Below, in pieces: positions 1-12,149 of a stretch of DNA of 64,000 bases (positions are counted from its first letter, which is position 1; each line of letters begins with the position of its first letter). The notes below the pieces were generated by a model. The model did no database searches, had not been told where the DNA came from, and was given only the letters and a program-made list of their open reading frames with translations. Source of the stretch: Callorhinchus milii. Taxonomy: Eukaryota. The position numbers and the translations under genes are program-made. Where the stretch lies: assembly GCF_018977255.1 (NCBI RefSeq), contig NW_024704742.1, positions 99,636,001 to 99,700,000 of the forward strand, read 5' to 3'.

Positions 1-1149
1 CCATTGATGTCAGCACTGCTATGGAAACACATCATGAAACACATCCTGCTTGAGATTTGGTGCATGAGTTACATCTTGAGCCATACCCTCAATAGTTTGT
101 AGACTATGAGGGACCTATTTTTACAAAACAAAAGACAAATGCAAAGCAAGGAGTAAGACGTGGTTTAAGAATTTCCCACAATTTTCACGATTTCGGGGAT
201 CTTGAATGTTAAGAGAAAACGGTCAACAGGCTAGGACTGGGCGGAATTTCAGGCCTCAGATTCTCAAATTCCCTATTCTGTTTAAATTAAAAAGGAGCTT
301 CCTCATGGGTCTGCCAGACTCACTCACAGTTAAAGCCCAAGATTAACTAACACAAGACTTAGTTAATCACAACACAATACAAATTGAAATTCTCTTGACG
401 TTTCACAGAAAGATCCACCACTAACACCATTCCCACTATGTAGACCCAGAAGTACATACAAATTAGATGTAACTGCAGATAACCACCTGTACCAATGTGG
501 GTGGAGGTGGTCATTTCCTAATCGGTATTGTGTTCATGTTCTTTACTAGCGGTCATGTAAATGGAGAGAACATCTCGAGCAGATCAGCTCAATTGCATCA
601 GACTGATCTGAGCTGAGTCTGTTGGGTAGTGTGGCTGATGGAAAGAACGCCTGTAATTGGTAACAGGTTGCTCAGGGAAATTCAAACCTTTTTTTCAACA
701 AAGCCTTTATTTTTTTGCCAAATTATAAGTCAACGTTAAAACAGACTAATCAACTGGTTTGAAACGAAGGAGATAAAGATGGTAATATGAACAGGAGTGA
801 CTGCATCATTAAATGGTTTAGGAGTTACTTCACCAATAAAGTATGCAATTGGACTCTGTTCAGTAGGCGGTGGAAGAGGAAAGTATCGGATTAAACCTGA
901 TTTGGAATCTGTTCTAGCAAGATTATCTAATTATCTCAAACTAGTCTCTCCCTTCAAATCATATGAAAGCTTATCACTCTGTTCATTGAAATATAATTTT
1001 TTTATTTTAAACCCCCTCGTCATTGTGAATCCAGTTTAATGAAATGTGTGTGAATGGTTCTGGAATATGGGATTCTGGATAGACCTGGGATTTTCTTTTG
1101 AAATTGTGGGACATGATACTTATCTGATATGTAGGACGAAAGAAAGAAC

Positions 1150-1540
1150 AAATTTGCATTTTTGTACTGGTTTATCATGTCAAATTACATCAAAGCACTT
1201 CACAGTGATTACTGTCAAGTGCAGGGACTACTTTTATTTAGGCAAACTCAACAGCTATTTTGCCCACAGCAATGTCCCGTAAACAACTGTGAGGTGGATG
1301 ACCAATTGATCTGGAGGGTTATTGGGAAGGACGCCGGGAAAAACTCTCTTCTCTTTTACAATAGTATCTTGGGATAATTTATGTCCAACAGAAGCAGCAG
1401 TTGGAACCTAGGTTAAACATTTCATCTGAAGGGCAGCCGCCCCAACAATGCAACGGCAACCAAACTTAGACTAGGAGATCAATATGATCGCAACCTTCTG
1501 ACCCAGAGGCAAGAGTACTACTGACTGAGCCAAACTTGAT
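1150..1540 (-). mobile_element. Old Deu-domain SINE (DeuSINE-like), near full length, degraded
   Basis: The reverse complement shows a tRNA-like head, the Deu-like core (GTCC..CCAA.AA.CC, GTTT.[CT]GGGACATTGCTGTG..CAAA.T.GCTG) and an L2-like tail. It aligns by eye with the copies at 13915-14330 and 27670-28160. Confidence 0.75.
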
Positions 1541-2288
1541 GCACTGAAACCCATATGCATCTTATTAAATTCAATGAGTTAGGTTACTCTGAAAGTCAGT
1601 GGTTTGGTTAAAAGCACTGAGAAGCACTGAATTACAGAGTTGAATCCTGGTTTGCATTCTGCTTGCTGGTCTGAGCTCAGGCAGTGTTTGATCCTCTGGG
1701 GAGGGGGGATCTCGGGCAGGGTTCCCACTACTGATTGCTATGTGGTGACTTCTCATTTCTTTTCCAGCTTGTAATAAACAATGGTAGGAGCCAGTGAGCA
1801 ACCAATGGCTGAAGGCAACTGATCCAACTAAGCTCCACTATTCTTCAAACCTACTGGAAGGAGTTGTTTGGTGCAGTGAGCCCGTGCCCAACAGGCAGGA
1901 CATTTGCAGGGAGCGATTTAATACCTCCAAAAAATGGCTGCTGGTTTTATTTGTTGATTTTCAGATGAGATGCCAGCTATTAGTAAAATACAGGGATTAT
2001 TACAACAACAGCTAGACTATGAGATTAATATGATCGTAATCTTCTGACCCAGGGGCAAGAGCACTATTGACTGTGCCAAGCTGACACACTGAAATCATAT
2101 ACATCTTATTAAATTCAGTGAATTGGGTTACCCTGAAGGTCTAGTGGCACTCTTCATGTAGGATAACATCTTGAAGTGCTTTGTTACTGTTGTAACCAAG
2201 CAAGAGATCTACAGCTCAAGATTTAAAGAAAGTTGCAGATTGGTCAGACACCCACTTTTGGAGCGATTTGATATGTAAATATGCCCCC

Positions 2289-2451
<163 letters not shown>

Positions 2452-2619
2452 GGTCACTCAATCCAAGACTGTTTGTGGGACATTGCTGTGCGCAATTGGC
2501 TGCCGCATTTCACCTATAAAATATACAGTCAATTCACTTTACAGTATATTCTATTTGAGATGTCTAGAAGACATGAAAAGCGCTGTATCAAATGCAAGGA
2601 TTATTTATTTATTATTATA
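2452..2619 (+). mobile_element. 3' half of the tRNA-Ala SINE (long subfamily)
   Basis: GGTCACTCAATCCAAGACTGTTTGTGGGAC...TATACAGTCAATTCACTTTACAG...TCAAATGCAAGGATTATT matches the copies at 20731 and 48041. Confidence 0.9.
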
Positions 2620-4044
2620 AATGCTCTATATCACCAAATAAATAATAAAAGAAGCTTACACTGCCACCCTCATACCAACTAATCCCCTTTTTAGAGTGCC
2701 CTTTTTTTATGCCATTTGACCCTTTCAAACCTCTGCAAGAGTGTTTAAAAAGTGTGTCGATCACACAATCAATTGCTGTGAATTAAAAGGCACCCCCCCA
2801 ATATAAATAGAATTTTCTCCAGGGAATTCTCTGTACATCACACATAGTTGTGAGACTTAATCTCTGTTGAGATGTTTTTTTCCAGTGTGAGGCACCATTT
2901 ATGCTGCACTTTTTCAAGGCCCAATTGACCTGTCACAGGGCAACAATGACAGATAGATGCTGGAGGTGGATGACCAAAGGTTGCACAGCACAAGGTTAAG
3001 CAGTCACTGGGATGTTTGTAATGCCAGCATCTGTAATCACTTTCCATAGGGTGACAAGGTACCACTGTCACAGGTACAATACAATGTCACAGTGTATTGT
3101 AACAGATGAAGACATTTAATTTAGATACACCAGTTGTATGCCATTATACTTTGTTCCTAACCCAATTTTTCGAAATTATTGTTCATGTAAACAATTCCCT
3201 ATTGAATGAATTATTTTTGATTTTCACACAAATTACATAGATCTACTTTTCAAAGAAATTCATGTAAAAGGGGTTCTTCAGCAAAGACAAATGAGAAGTG
3301 TGTAGCCTTCAAGGCAGTAGGGATTTCGGCAAAAAATTGATTCCATCCCTCTCTGTCAGAGATGAACTGCTTAGAAATGAAACAATTCACTGACAATATA
3401 ATAAGAGTAGTTTCTTAAACCAAGAGGACTTCCGCAAATTATTTTTCTTCTAACTCCAACCACACCGCTTTCTAAATTGAACCTTAAAAATCTTGGAACA
3501 GAGTTATATTTTTTGTTAAGCTTAACGATATCCAGAAGGTTGGTTTATCCTGCTTCCCACTGAGTTCAATGGGCATTTCTTCCTCTTCCATGACAATATC
3601 TTATGTGGTGACACTGTATGGTCCAGTAACATTTATTACAAGAGTATTCAATTCTGAATGAGCCATTACTATAATGAAGTAGGGGAACACCGACAGGGAA
3701 GTTGTTTAAGCTTCAGATGGACTCTTGACCTCCATTACACTTATTTCAATACAGTTCCTGTGTGTTATGGGCTCCAGAAAAAATAGGATACATGATTCCA
3801 TCACAATGCATATGCAGTGATGTTCCCATAAGCAGGATATCATCACGGAAGGAATGGGATGGCATCATGGGTCTTGTGTATGCTGGAAAGCAAAGCTGGT
3901 AAAAAAATGGCATTTTCTGGCATGTAGTACTGTGGTTACTGTCATTCACTAGCATGTAGAGCTGTGGTTAGAAAAATATTACCAATCTGCAAGTACCTTC
4001 ACTTACTGTCACTCATAGCCCACGCAGCACTTTATCATGAAAAT

Positions 4045-4945
4045 AAAGAAAGATCTGGACCAATTAAACAGATGAGCTAAGGAGTGGTAAATGGATTTTA
4101 AGATAGATTAATATGAAGTTATGCATTATTGCAATAAGAAACAGGAAATGTGTGTGTGCGATGGAAGGGTGAATATTAGCAGAGCTGGAGAAGCAAAGGA
4201 ATTGGGTCTGATCACTGATGATATTGTAAAGCTTACTAGTCAGAGTGAAACTGTCCTCAACAAAGCCAATCAAACTTCAGTTTACATCTCAGGAACATTG
4301 TTGATTAAGCTAAAATAAATGATTGCATCTTTGACTAGGTCACTGGTGTGGTCACATTTGGAATACTGTGTAAAGTTCTGGACACCTTTAAAACCATAAC
4401 AACTTGCATTTATATAGCACCCTTCCTGTAAGATAATGTTTTGGAGTGCTTCACAATGGCTGGGTTGGACACCGAGCAAGGGAAATGGGGCAAGTGAGGA
4501 GGTGACAATAGGTGCAGTCAAAGAAGTAGGTTTGAAGGTGAGATTTAATGACAGATAAAGAGGTGGTGAGGTGGAGGAATAGAGGCAGGGAGTTCCAGAG
4601 TTAGGGTTGAAGTAGCATAGAGGGGGCAGGGGATGAGCAGCACGACTGTGTTAGCTAACCTACTGTCAGCCAGAAACATTGAAGAGATGAAGAGGGTTCA
4701 GAGAAAAGCTACAGGATGATTCAAGGATTTGAAGCTCTTAAGTTATGAAGAGAGGCTCACAGAACTGAATTTGTTCTCACTGGGTGGAAAAACATTGAAG
4801 GGTGAATGTAATCCAAGTTTAAAATGCTGAGAGGAATAACTAATGTAGATGTAAAGCAGCCTGTAGAGGACAGACTGTATATGAGAGGGCACAGGTTTAA
4901 AACTAACAAGCGTAGTGGTTAGAAGAAACTTTTTCCCCAAGGAAA
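4045..4945 (+). mobile_element. CR1-clade LINE ORF2 C-terminal fragment, interrupted by an L2 3' end
   Basis: Degenerate CR1 peptides: EAKELGLITD...LNKANQT (EKDLGV...KANR-like), SLVWSHLEYCVKFW (LVRPHLEYCVQFW-like), RVQRKAT, and SYEERLTELNLFSL. Confidence 0.85.
4397..4640 (-). mobile_element. L2 LINE 3' end inserted into the CR1 fragment
   Basis: AACAACTTGCATTTATATAGCACC is the reverse complement of the L2 tail, followed by purine-rich antisense L2 3' sequence. Confidence 0.75.
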
Positions 4946-7900
4946 TATGTGCATCAGAATCCCAGGAAGAGCTATTGACTCTGGTGGCTGGCTATTCTTT
5001 CCCAGTTTGGGGAAAAATGTATGACATCCATTGAGAAAAATATATCTACCACCTTCTCGATGCAGATGGAGAAGGTTGGTGCCTCGAACAGTAACATTGT
5101 TGATTCTTCATAATGCCTAGAAAGAGCCTGTATCAATGGCATTGTACTGCCACAAACAGAACAGATGGAGATATCAAGACTCCAAATGCAATCAACATTT
5201 AAAATGTCTCAGTGCCTATAGAAATAAAGTACTTGCTTTTTCATAGCACCTTATCATCCCAAAACATCTCAAACAGCAATTATTGTCAAGTAGTAGCAAC
5301 TGTTTTTTTTAAGGAAACAGCTAAATTTATACCAGCAAAGTCCCACAAACAACATGACAGATGACACCAGAAAGATGACACCTTTGACAATATACAGCAC
5401 TCCCCCAGTACTGTACTGGAGCACCAGTTGTTTAAAAAATACAGAAGGCAGTCTTCAAAGTCAAAACTGGAGGCAGGCAAAACTGAACTTGCCAAATTTT
5501 GCACACTCTGAATAAATGAAGCCTAAGGTGGAAATTCTGCACCTAGATGTAATTGAGGTAGGCTGGATAGAGTGAGTCATGCAATAGTGATGATGCATAA
5601 ATATTTTTGCTGAATTATTGTACAACATGAAAAAAGTCAATTGATTTTCCACAGATCCCTCATAAAGGCTAATTTCAGATCATTGCTGAGCCTTGCTGAC
5701 TGATGACTAAACAGCAAGAGTGGATTGTGATGTACTTGTGACTTGATCAATTAACATTGGCAGTATTTGGAACTGTTCATTTACAAATTGATTGGATTTA
5801 GATTCTGAATGTGTCTTTTGCTCAGCAGCTTCTGTTGCAAATCACCTAAGTGATGGTTTAAAAAAATAATTGCAAAACAATTTATTAATACTTCTTGCAG
5901 TTCAGATCGTTGTAAGCAAAACTGCAATGGTTACAAACCGTGCACCTTTTCAGTAAAGCTTTGAAAGCTTTTCAAATTCTTTTTGATGGTATTGTTTGTG
6001 CACAATTCTGCCTGAAAATCATTAGGTTTTTGAAGTAAATACAAGAGAAGGAAAATAAACAGCACTGGCAATCTAGTTTTTTTGGGGAAAACAGGCTATG
6101 TCATCCAATATTACATAGTCACAGTAGAATATGCTTTATTTAAACAGTTTTTTTCCATGAAAATGTCAAAATCAGGCTTATTATTCTATTTAAAGCTCCA
6201 CTGCCTCCGGCTGTCACGTATAAAATTGTTGTGACACAGAGGTTGAAGCTAAAGATGGTAAAATGTTTTCTTCTCCTACTGCAATCCATTCTAAAGACAG
6301 ACACTTTTTTTCGTAGCAAAGGTCACTTTTAGGAGCATGCAATTTATGTACTCATGCCACTGACCTCAGCTGAGTTCTAGCTTTGTGATTGGCAGGAAAC
6401 CAAAGGGCAAAGACCGAAGGTCGGAAGACGTGAGTACACAGAACTACACTTTTCCTGAAGCAGACTCTCCCTCCCCTCCCCCAAACTCGCTGCTGTTTAA
6501 AATCTCCAATAACCCTTACAAAACAAATCACACTACAAAGTTAGCTCCCATCTAGGTGTCTGAATAAATGTAATTGCAAGGCAATCGAATGTTTAATTGG
6601 TTTATTTGCTCAGGGGGTTCAGATTTCCAGTGATTTTAATGTGGGGAGAATTGGCCGTCCTGATCTTTTGTGACAGACAGACACCAAGTTGATTTGTTAA
6701 TGTAACCATTGTCAGAAAATTCACACCAGGCAAACAAAGGCTTGGAAACAGAACGGCTGAGGAAGGGATTTCTTCTGGGTGTTCTGAGCTGGGCAAATAT
6801 TTCAGTGAAACCAGAGAATCACAATGATGTACTTACAATCATCTATACGAAACCTCTTCCTACGCTTGTCTGTCTATTATTCCATTCAAGCACAATTGCA
6901 TCCAGAAAAACAAGTCTGCCTTGTATTGTTTTATGTTCACACCAAACTCCGATCTGACTCAGAGAATAAGACTGGGTGGTAAGCAATTAAGCCCAATTGA
7001 TCACCGCCAAAAAACATTGCACTGGAGTGTTGCATTTGCTATAGAGCCACAAACTGTACAGTAATTGTGGCACAAATCGGTTTAATTCCAGCACTGTTGT
7101 GTTATATGGTTCTACAAATGAGGTAGCGCAGGTTTGTCTGGCCTGCTCTCTGTCTGTCTGATTTTCAATGGAGTCTTGACTCTCTGTCTCTCCTTTGCAC
7201 CCATTATCTCAGAGGCTCCTCTCTTTGACAGATGAAAAAGGAGAAATAGCATTTTCCCTTGTCATGAAATAAAGTCCTTAATGTCATAATGCCTCCAGTC
7301 ACATATCACCGCTGATTTTCCTGTCAGTATGGTGAATGTAGCCTGCCCTCATTCCCACACAGCTGTTTTCCTTTGTCCTTCCCAACCCCCTTTCCTCCCT
7401 TCCACTGCCTAGCATTAATAAAGCCTTTTCTTGTTTTTCATCATCTTGACTTACACTTCATCCCTGGCTGTGGCAAAGAAAAAAGAAGGGGATTCCATAA
7501 ATTTCATTACCCACAAAAAGAGTAATGAGCAAGCAATGAATTATGAAGTAGATGCAGAATAATGATAACATTTTAATGAGATAGGGCCTGACAAAAAAAA
7601 ATGGAAGCTTTGCTTGTTTGACTGGCTTGGCATCACTCCCAAGAATTTCCTGTGCGCTGCTCTTTCACAGGGGAACTGTCAAGCATTGAAACATAAAAGC
7701 TAATGATACTCTGATGTGACTTGTAAATTTATATCTATATATTATAAATATATGTGTGTGGTGTGTGCACGGCTGTGCATTGATATTTCATGTGTTTTCA
7801 GATATCTTAATAATTCAACAACCTGGGTTAAAAACAAAACATCTTTTCATGCTGGGTGGATGCCAGTAATGTGCCAGCGAATTATGTAGGTTCGTTTTTC

Positions 7901-8704
7901 ACTTCCCTCAATCCAGTTCTGCCGGGTGACTGCAGACAACACGATCATTTGACTGAGAAAATGAGGGAAACGTTCCCGAGCCAGGTATTTGTCTAGTTCT
8001 TTCAGGCTAGGGTTCCTTCTGGTCAATGTTTTCACAGCAGGTCGTTGTGAAAACTGAAGCTGTCAAGCGTGAAAGATTATGTCCTGTGTCTACAATAGGG
8101 GTGCTTTAGCCCTCGCTGCTAATAAAAAAGGCTTCTAATTGCCCCCAAAACAGCCTGAAACAAAGCTAATTTTACACTACACAAGATAACACTCTGTGGG
8201 CACTAATTAAAGGCTTGGAAAGGTTTTATTTTCAATGTAATAAAACTGGGAACAAAATATCTGAATGCAGCTCAGGAGACGAGAAAATCTGCCAGCTCCT
8301 TTGGGAGTGAAGTTTCTCATAATGCACAAAGCCAATTCAGTCTCAAGTCATCTTGAGTGAAAGAGACCATGAAGTCAGCATGGTAAAGTCTGACTACCCG
8401 TGTGAACGCCAGATCAAACCAGATCTGCAAGGTGATTATTCTTTCCGATTTGTTCTCCGACAACAAAGATGCTTTTAGAAAAAATCCAAACCACAAACAA
8501 GGTTTTAAGCAAATGTCACGCAAGTATTCATTCAGCCCCTGCTCTGCTCTCAATTTGTTTTCTGTGCAGCTGTCCTCACATTACAAAGAGTAAGTGAAGT
8601 ACAATCTTCAACACCACAAGTGAGCAAGCACACAAAAATGAGTTTGCATCATCGTGTGGAAAATAACACTTGCTTTGTGTGTCCTGTGAAGGTTTCAAAT
8701 AGCA

Positions 8705-8995
8705 CATCTGCTGATGGCTCAGTTGCTAAAACTGCTACTTAGTGTCATACTGAGCTGTACAAACCCAGAGGATCCCAGTGTTTGATGTCCAATCTGTATT
8801 GAAGTGGGTAGATCTTACCTGTAGCAACAACAGGGGAGGCGCACGGAGCATCAGTATACCTGATTTATGTAGAGGATAGACTTTGTATGAGATCGCTGTT
8901 CAGCGAGAAAATATGCGTTGTGGATGTCAAGTGAGCTGACGTGATTTATTGTGATTCTCCCCCCTCCCCCCACCATTGCATCTATCCTGCCAACA
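8705..8995 (+). mobile_element. Ancient tRNA-derived SINE (family C; resembles AmnSINE2 as recalled)
   Basis: TGGCTCAGTTG A-box-like head and GATCGCTGTTCAG...GTGGATGTCAAGTGAG, related to the copies at 17815 and 56310. Confidence 0.45.
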
Positions 8996-9039
8996 ACAAC
9001 TTGGAATTATGTAGCACCTTAATAATAATTAATATAGTG

Positions 9040-9200
9040 TTTGTATTTGATACATTGCCATATCACAATGTTGAGATGTCTCAAAGTGCTTCACAGAATA
9101 TACTGTAAAGTGTAGTGACTCTGTATTTTGTGGGCAAATTATGGCAGCCATTTGCGTATAGCAGTATCCCACAAAGAGTTGTGGATTAAGTGAACAATTT
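9040..9200 (-). mobile_element. DeuSINE 3' fragment
   Basis: GTCTCAAAGTGCTTCACAG...GGCAGCCATTTGCG.A.AGCA.TATCCCACAAA is the reverse complement of the SINE 3' part. Confidence 0.75.
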
Positions 9201-10050
9201 TTTTTGAGTAGGATGGCCATCTTGAAGTGCTTCAACAAAGCAAATGAAGATCACTGAGTAGGAAAGAAAGCAGTGGAACTTAAGGGCGTTGTCTAAAGAC
9301 ATAGCCAAAAAGATGTTTTTAAGAATGTTTTGAAGGTGGAGAGAGAGAGAGCACAAGGTAAAGGGATTTAAGGAGAATTGCAGAGAACAATTGCCTCCCA
9401 CTATTGGTGGGACAGAGAGAGTGAGGAATGAACAAAAGGACTAGAATGGGAAATGTGGAGAACAAGAGGAGGAGAAGAGGGCTGGAGTAGTCTGTAAAGG
9501 TGGCAAAGTCACTGTCTGAGCTCAGGCATAAAGAGTGGTCATTAGAGTAGAGTACTAGAGGGTTGCCAGAGTCCTTGGTAGCACAACACAACACCTTGCA
9601 CCACTTAGCTAGCACTTTTCACAGAGTTAGTGAAACGCTCAAAACGCTTGCTTCAGTGACACAGTGGGGAGCCTGCACAGGATGCAAACCCCATTGCTTG
9701 TCTTCGGAGGGGAGAAAATTGTGGGAGGGGGAATAAAAATAAATATCTGAAATATTACAGTGTTAAAAATATGCTTCTCTGTCTCATGCTCTAAATAGCA
9801 AAGCCTAACACAACGTTGGCCATCCTTTACGGTCAGCCAACAAAACTAATTTTCTTGATTCAATACTTCTTGATTGATTTATGGCATAGATCACGAAATA
9901 TTCAATGAAGTAAACACTGAAAACACACTACCGATTGAACATGGATTTACCTAGAGTAGTGACAATGTTCGGAGGAGGGGGGCTTTTTGATGGCTCCATG
10001 GGGCACTTCAAGCCTGTGGGCCATGGGTTGGCCACCAGTGGCCACTTATA

Positions 10051-10230
10051 CAGGGTGACCAAAAAGCCGTGATATCTACCCTATTATCTAAAACAATTCA
10101 TAATTTCTTTAAGACTTATTAGACATTGTAATAGTATCATGATGTAGATACCATTAGAACAAACCATAATAAAGTTTTATGCTTTTTACCCCTGTAGAAC
10201 AAACCATAATAAAGTTTTATGCTTGTGAGA
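10051..10230. mobile_element. Tc1/mariner-type non-autonomous element end
   Basis: TA|CAGGGTGACCAAAAAG..GTGATA has the same terminal repeat as 63493-63518 (reverse complement). The other end was not clearly found. Confidence 0.55.
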
Positions 10231-12149
10231 ATTTTGTCTCAGCGTTTTCAGCTCGTGTTACTTGAATGTAGCGTTTGGTCTTTGGCACTGGAAGTCCTGT
10301 GTTCCCGATCTGAATCCTTAGGGATTCAATTTGCATGTCTGACACCATCACCAAAGCTGGGCTCCCCCGCTATCATAATTGATTTTTTAAAATTTAAACA
10401 ATCGTAAATTCATTGGTAATATGGTCCGACGACTTGACCTGAATCCTAATTTGTAGCAGCCCCACAAAGCTAAATTCCTTGGGCTCTTTCTTTATAGGCT
10501 GAAAGCCCTCAGCAGACAGATTGTTTGTTCATCAGGATGTGGCACTAATCCAGAGGGATTCTGGTAGCTTTGTCATGTGAAAATGACAGCTCACATTTTC
10601 TATTGGCTGTTTCCAGTCCTACTAACATCCATCCTTGTCATGAGGGCACCTGCTTGTGTATTGTAATACTTGAAATGCACTTAAATTGACTGTTGCTACT
10701 GAAATGGAGGTTACTTAGCCAGTCCCTGATATTGGATCTAGCTCCCTGAGAAATGTATTTCCTCTACAAAGGTGCAACCTTTACGATGAATCTACGTGCA
10801 TGTGTGGTAGTGTGTGGTGGGTGGCTGAATAAATATTCCAGGAAATTGGAAATGGGTTGTTTTGTGTCTTTTGATGCGTGAAACAAGTCAGACACACATC
10901 ACTTCTGGTTGTAATTCAAGACGTGTTGCACTCTCAATATCAAACAAACTGAGCACCGTATTATTTTAAATATGATAAAGTTTTCCGATAATGAATGAGT
11001 CAGGGAGGGAGCAGAATAAAAATTGTCTGCAGACAAATATGGTAATGCCATGAGTGGGGAGCCTGGGTGGTGGGGGGAGGGGTGGAGAGAACGCACAAGG
11101 AAAGTACTAAGCAAGCACACTGAGTTGAGGTCACTCTGGTCTGGAGCTGTCAGCGCGCTTATTACTGTTCGAATAAAGCGTTAACTTTGTAAACTGAATA
11201 TCGACTGCTTTTAGTAGGCGTTTTGGGAAAGTCTTTTTAAATGTTGAATCTCCAGTTGCACTGGATTGATCAACACAATGCACTAGTTTGTCCAATTCAT
11301 TGCTGTGCACACAAAGCAGGGTACAGAAATGGCTATGCTGTTTTGCTTAAAAGCGACTAAAATGCTTTAATCACTCGTGGGAAGCTTCTGAGAAACAAGC
11401 ACATTTTTTTCCGAGTGAAGATTTTCATCTGAACTGCACGCTTGAGAAAAGCACAATCATGAGATAAAAAAAATACTGCCATGCTGCTGAATGTTTAAGT
11501 TTTACAAATGATTTGTTTCAGTTCTGCACCTAATTACAATCTAGTGTTGAAAGGATGAAAGCTGACAAGGGACATATAGTCGAGGCAAAGCAAGAAATAT
11601 TAGCTATTGATCGCATTGATTGGGGAGGTTAAATAGCACAGTGCTTCGGTTCAGCTTCTGCCATCTCTCAAAGCTGAGTAACAGCTTTTAAATGCTCGGA
11701 ATTTCTGAGCTGACATCTGAAACTACATATGGTTTGACTGTGTGGTGAGCATTAAAGTGCACCAATTGCAACAAAGGCTGAATTCAAAGGGTTCCAGGAC
11801 TGCACTGTGAAAGAATGCTTCCTTCCCACATCGATTTATGTCGGGAGGGGTGGGGGGGGGGGGAGGGGAGGAGAGAAAATTCAGTTTGACTGCCAAATTA
11901 TTGAAGTCAACATTCTATGAGCAATGTTTTCCTGTTAAAGCCAAACAAAGGATAAGTCGATGAGCGCAACACACCTTTGTGTGTCTGGTTAGCAGGCCAG
12001 TGGAATGATATATGGGAATACCATCTCAGATGCTGCAGGGGTTTTTTTGTTTTGAAAAATGCGTTTGTTCTGAGAAGTCTGAGAAATTTACAACCAGTGA
12101 ACCCTATCGTGACAGCCTCCTGGTGTTTTTTCCTGTGATAATTATATTG

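Noticed and set aside
9810..10040. Possible hAT-type MITE (GGTTGGCCACCAGTG end)
   Set aside because: The left terminus is a poor match and no 8-bp target-site duplication is visible.
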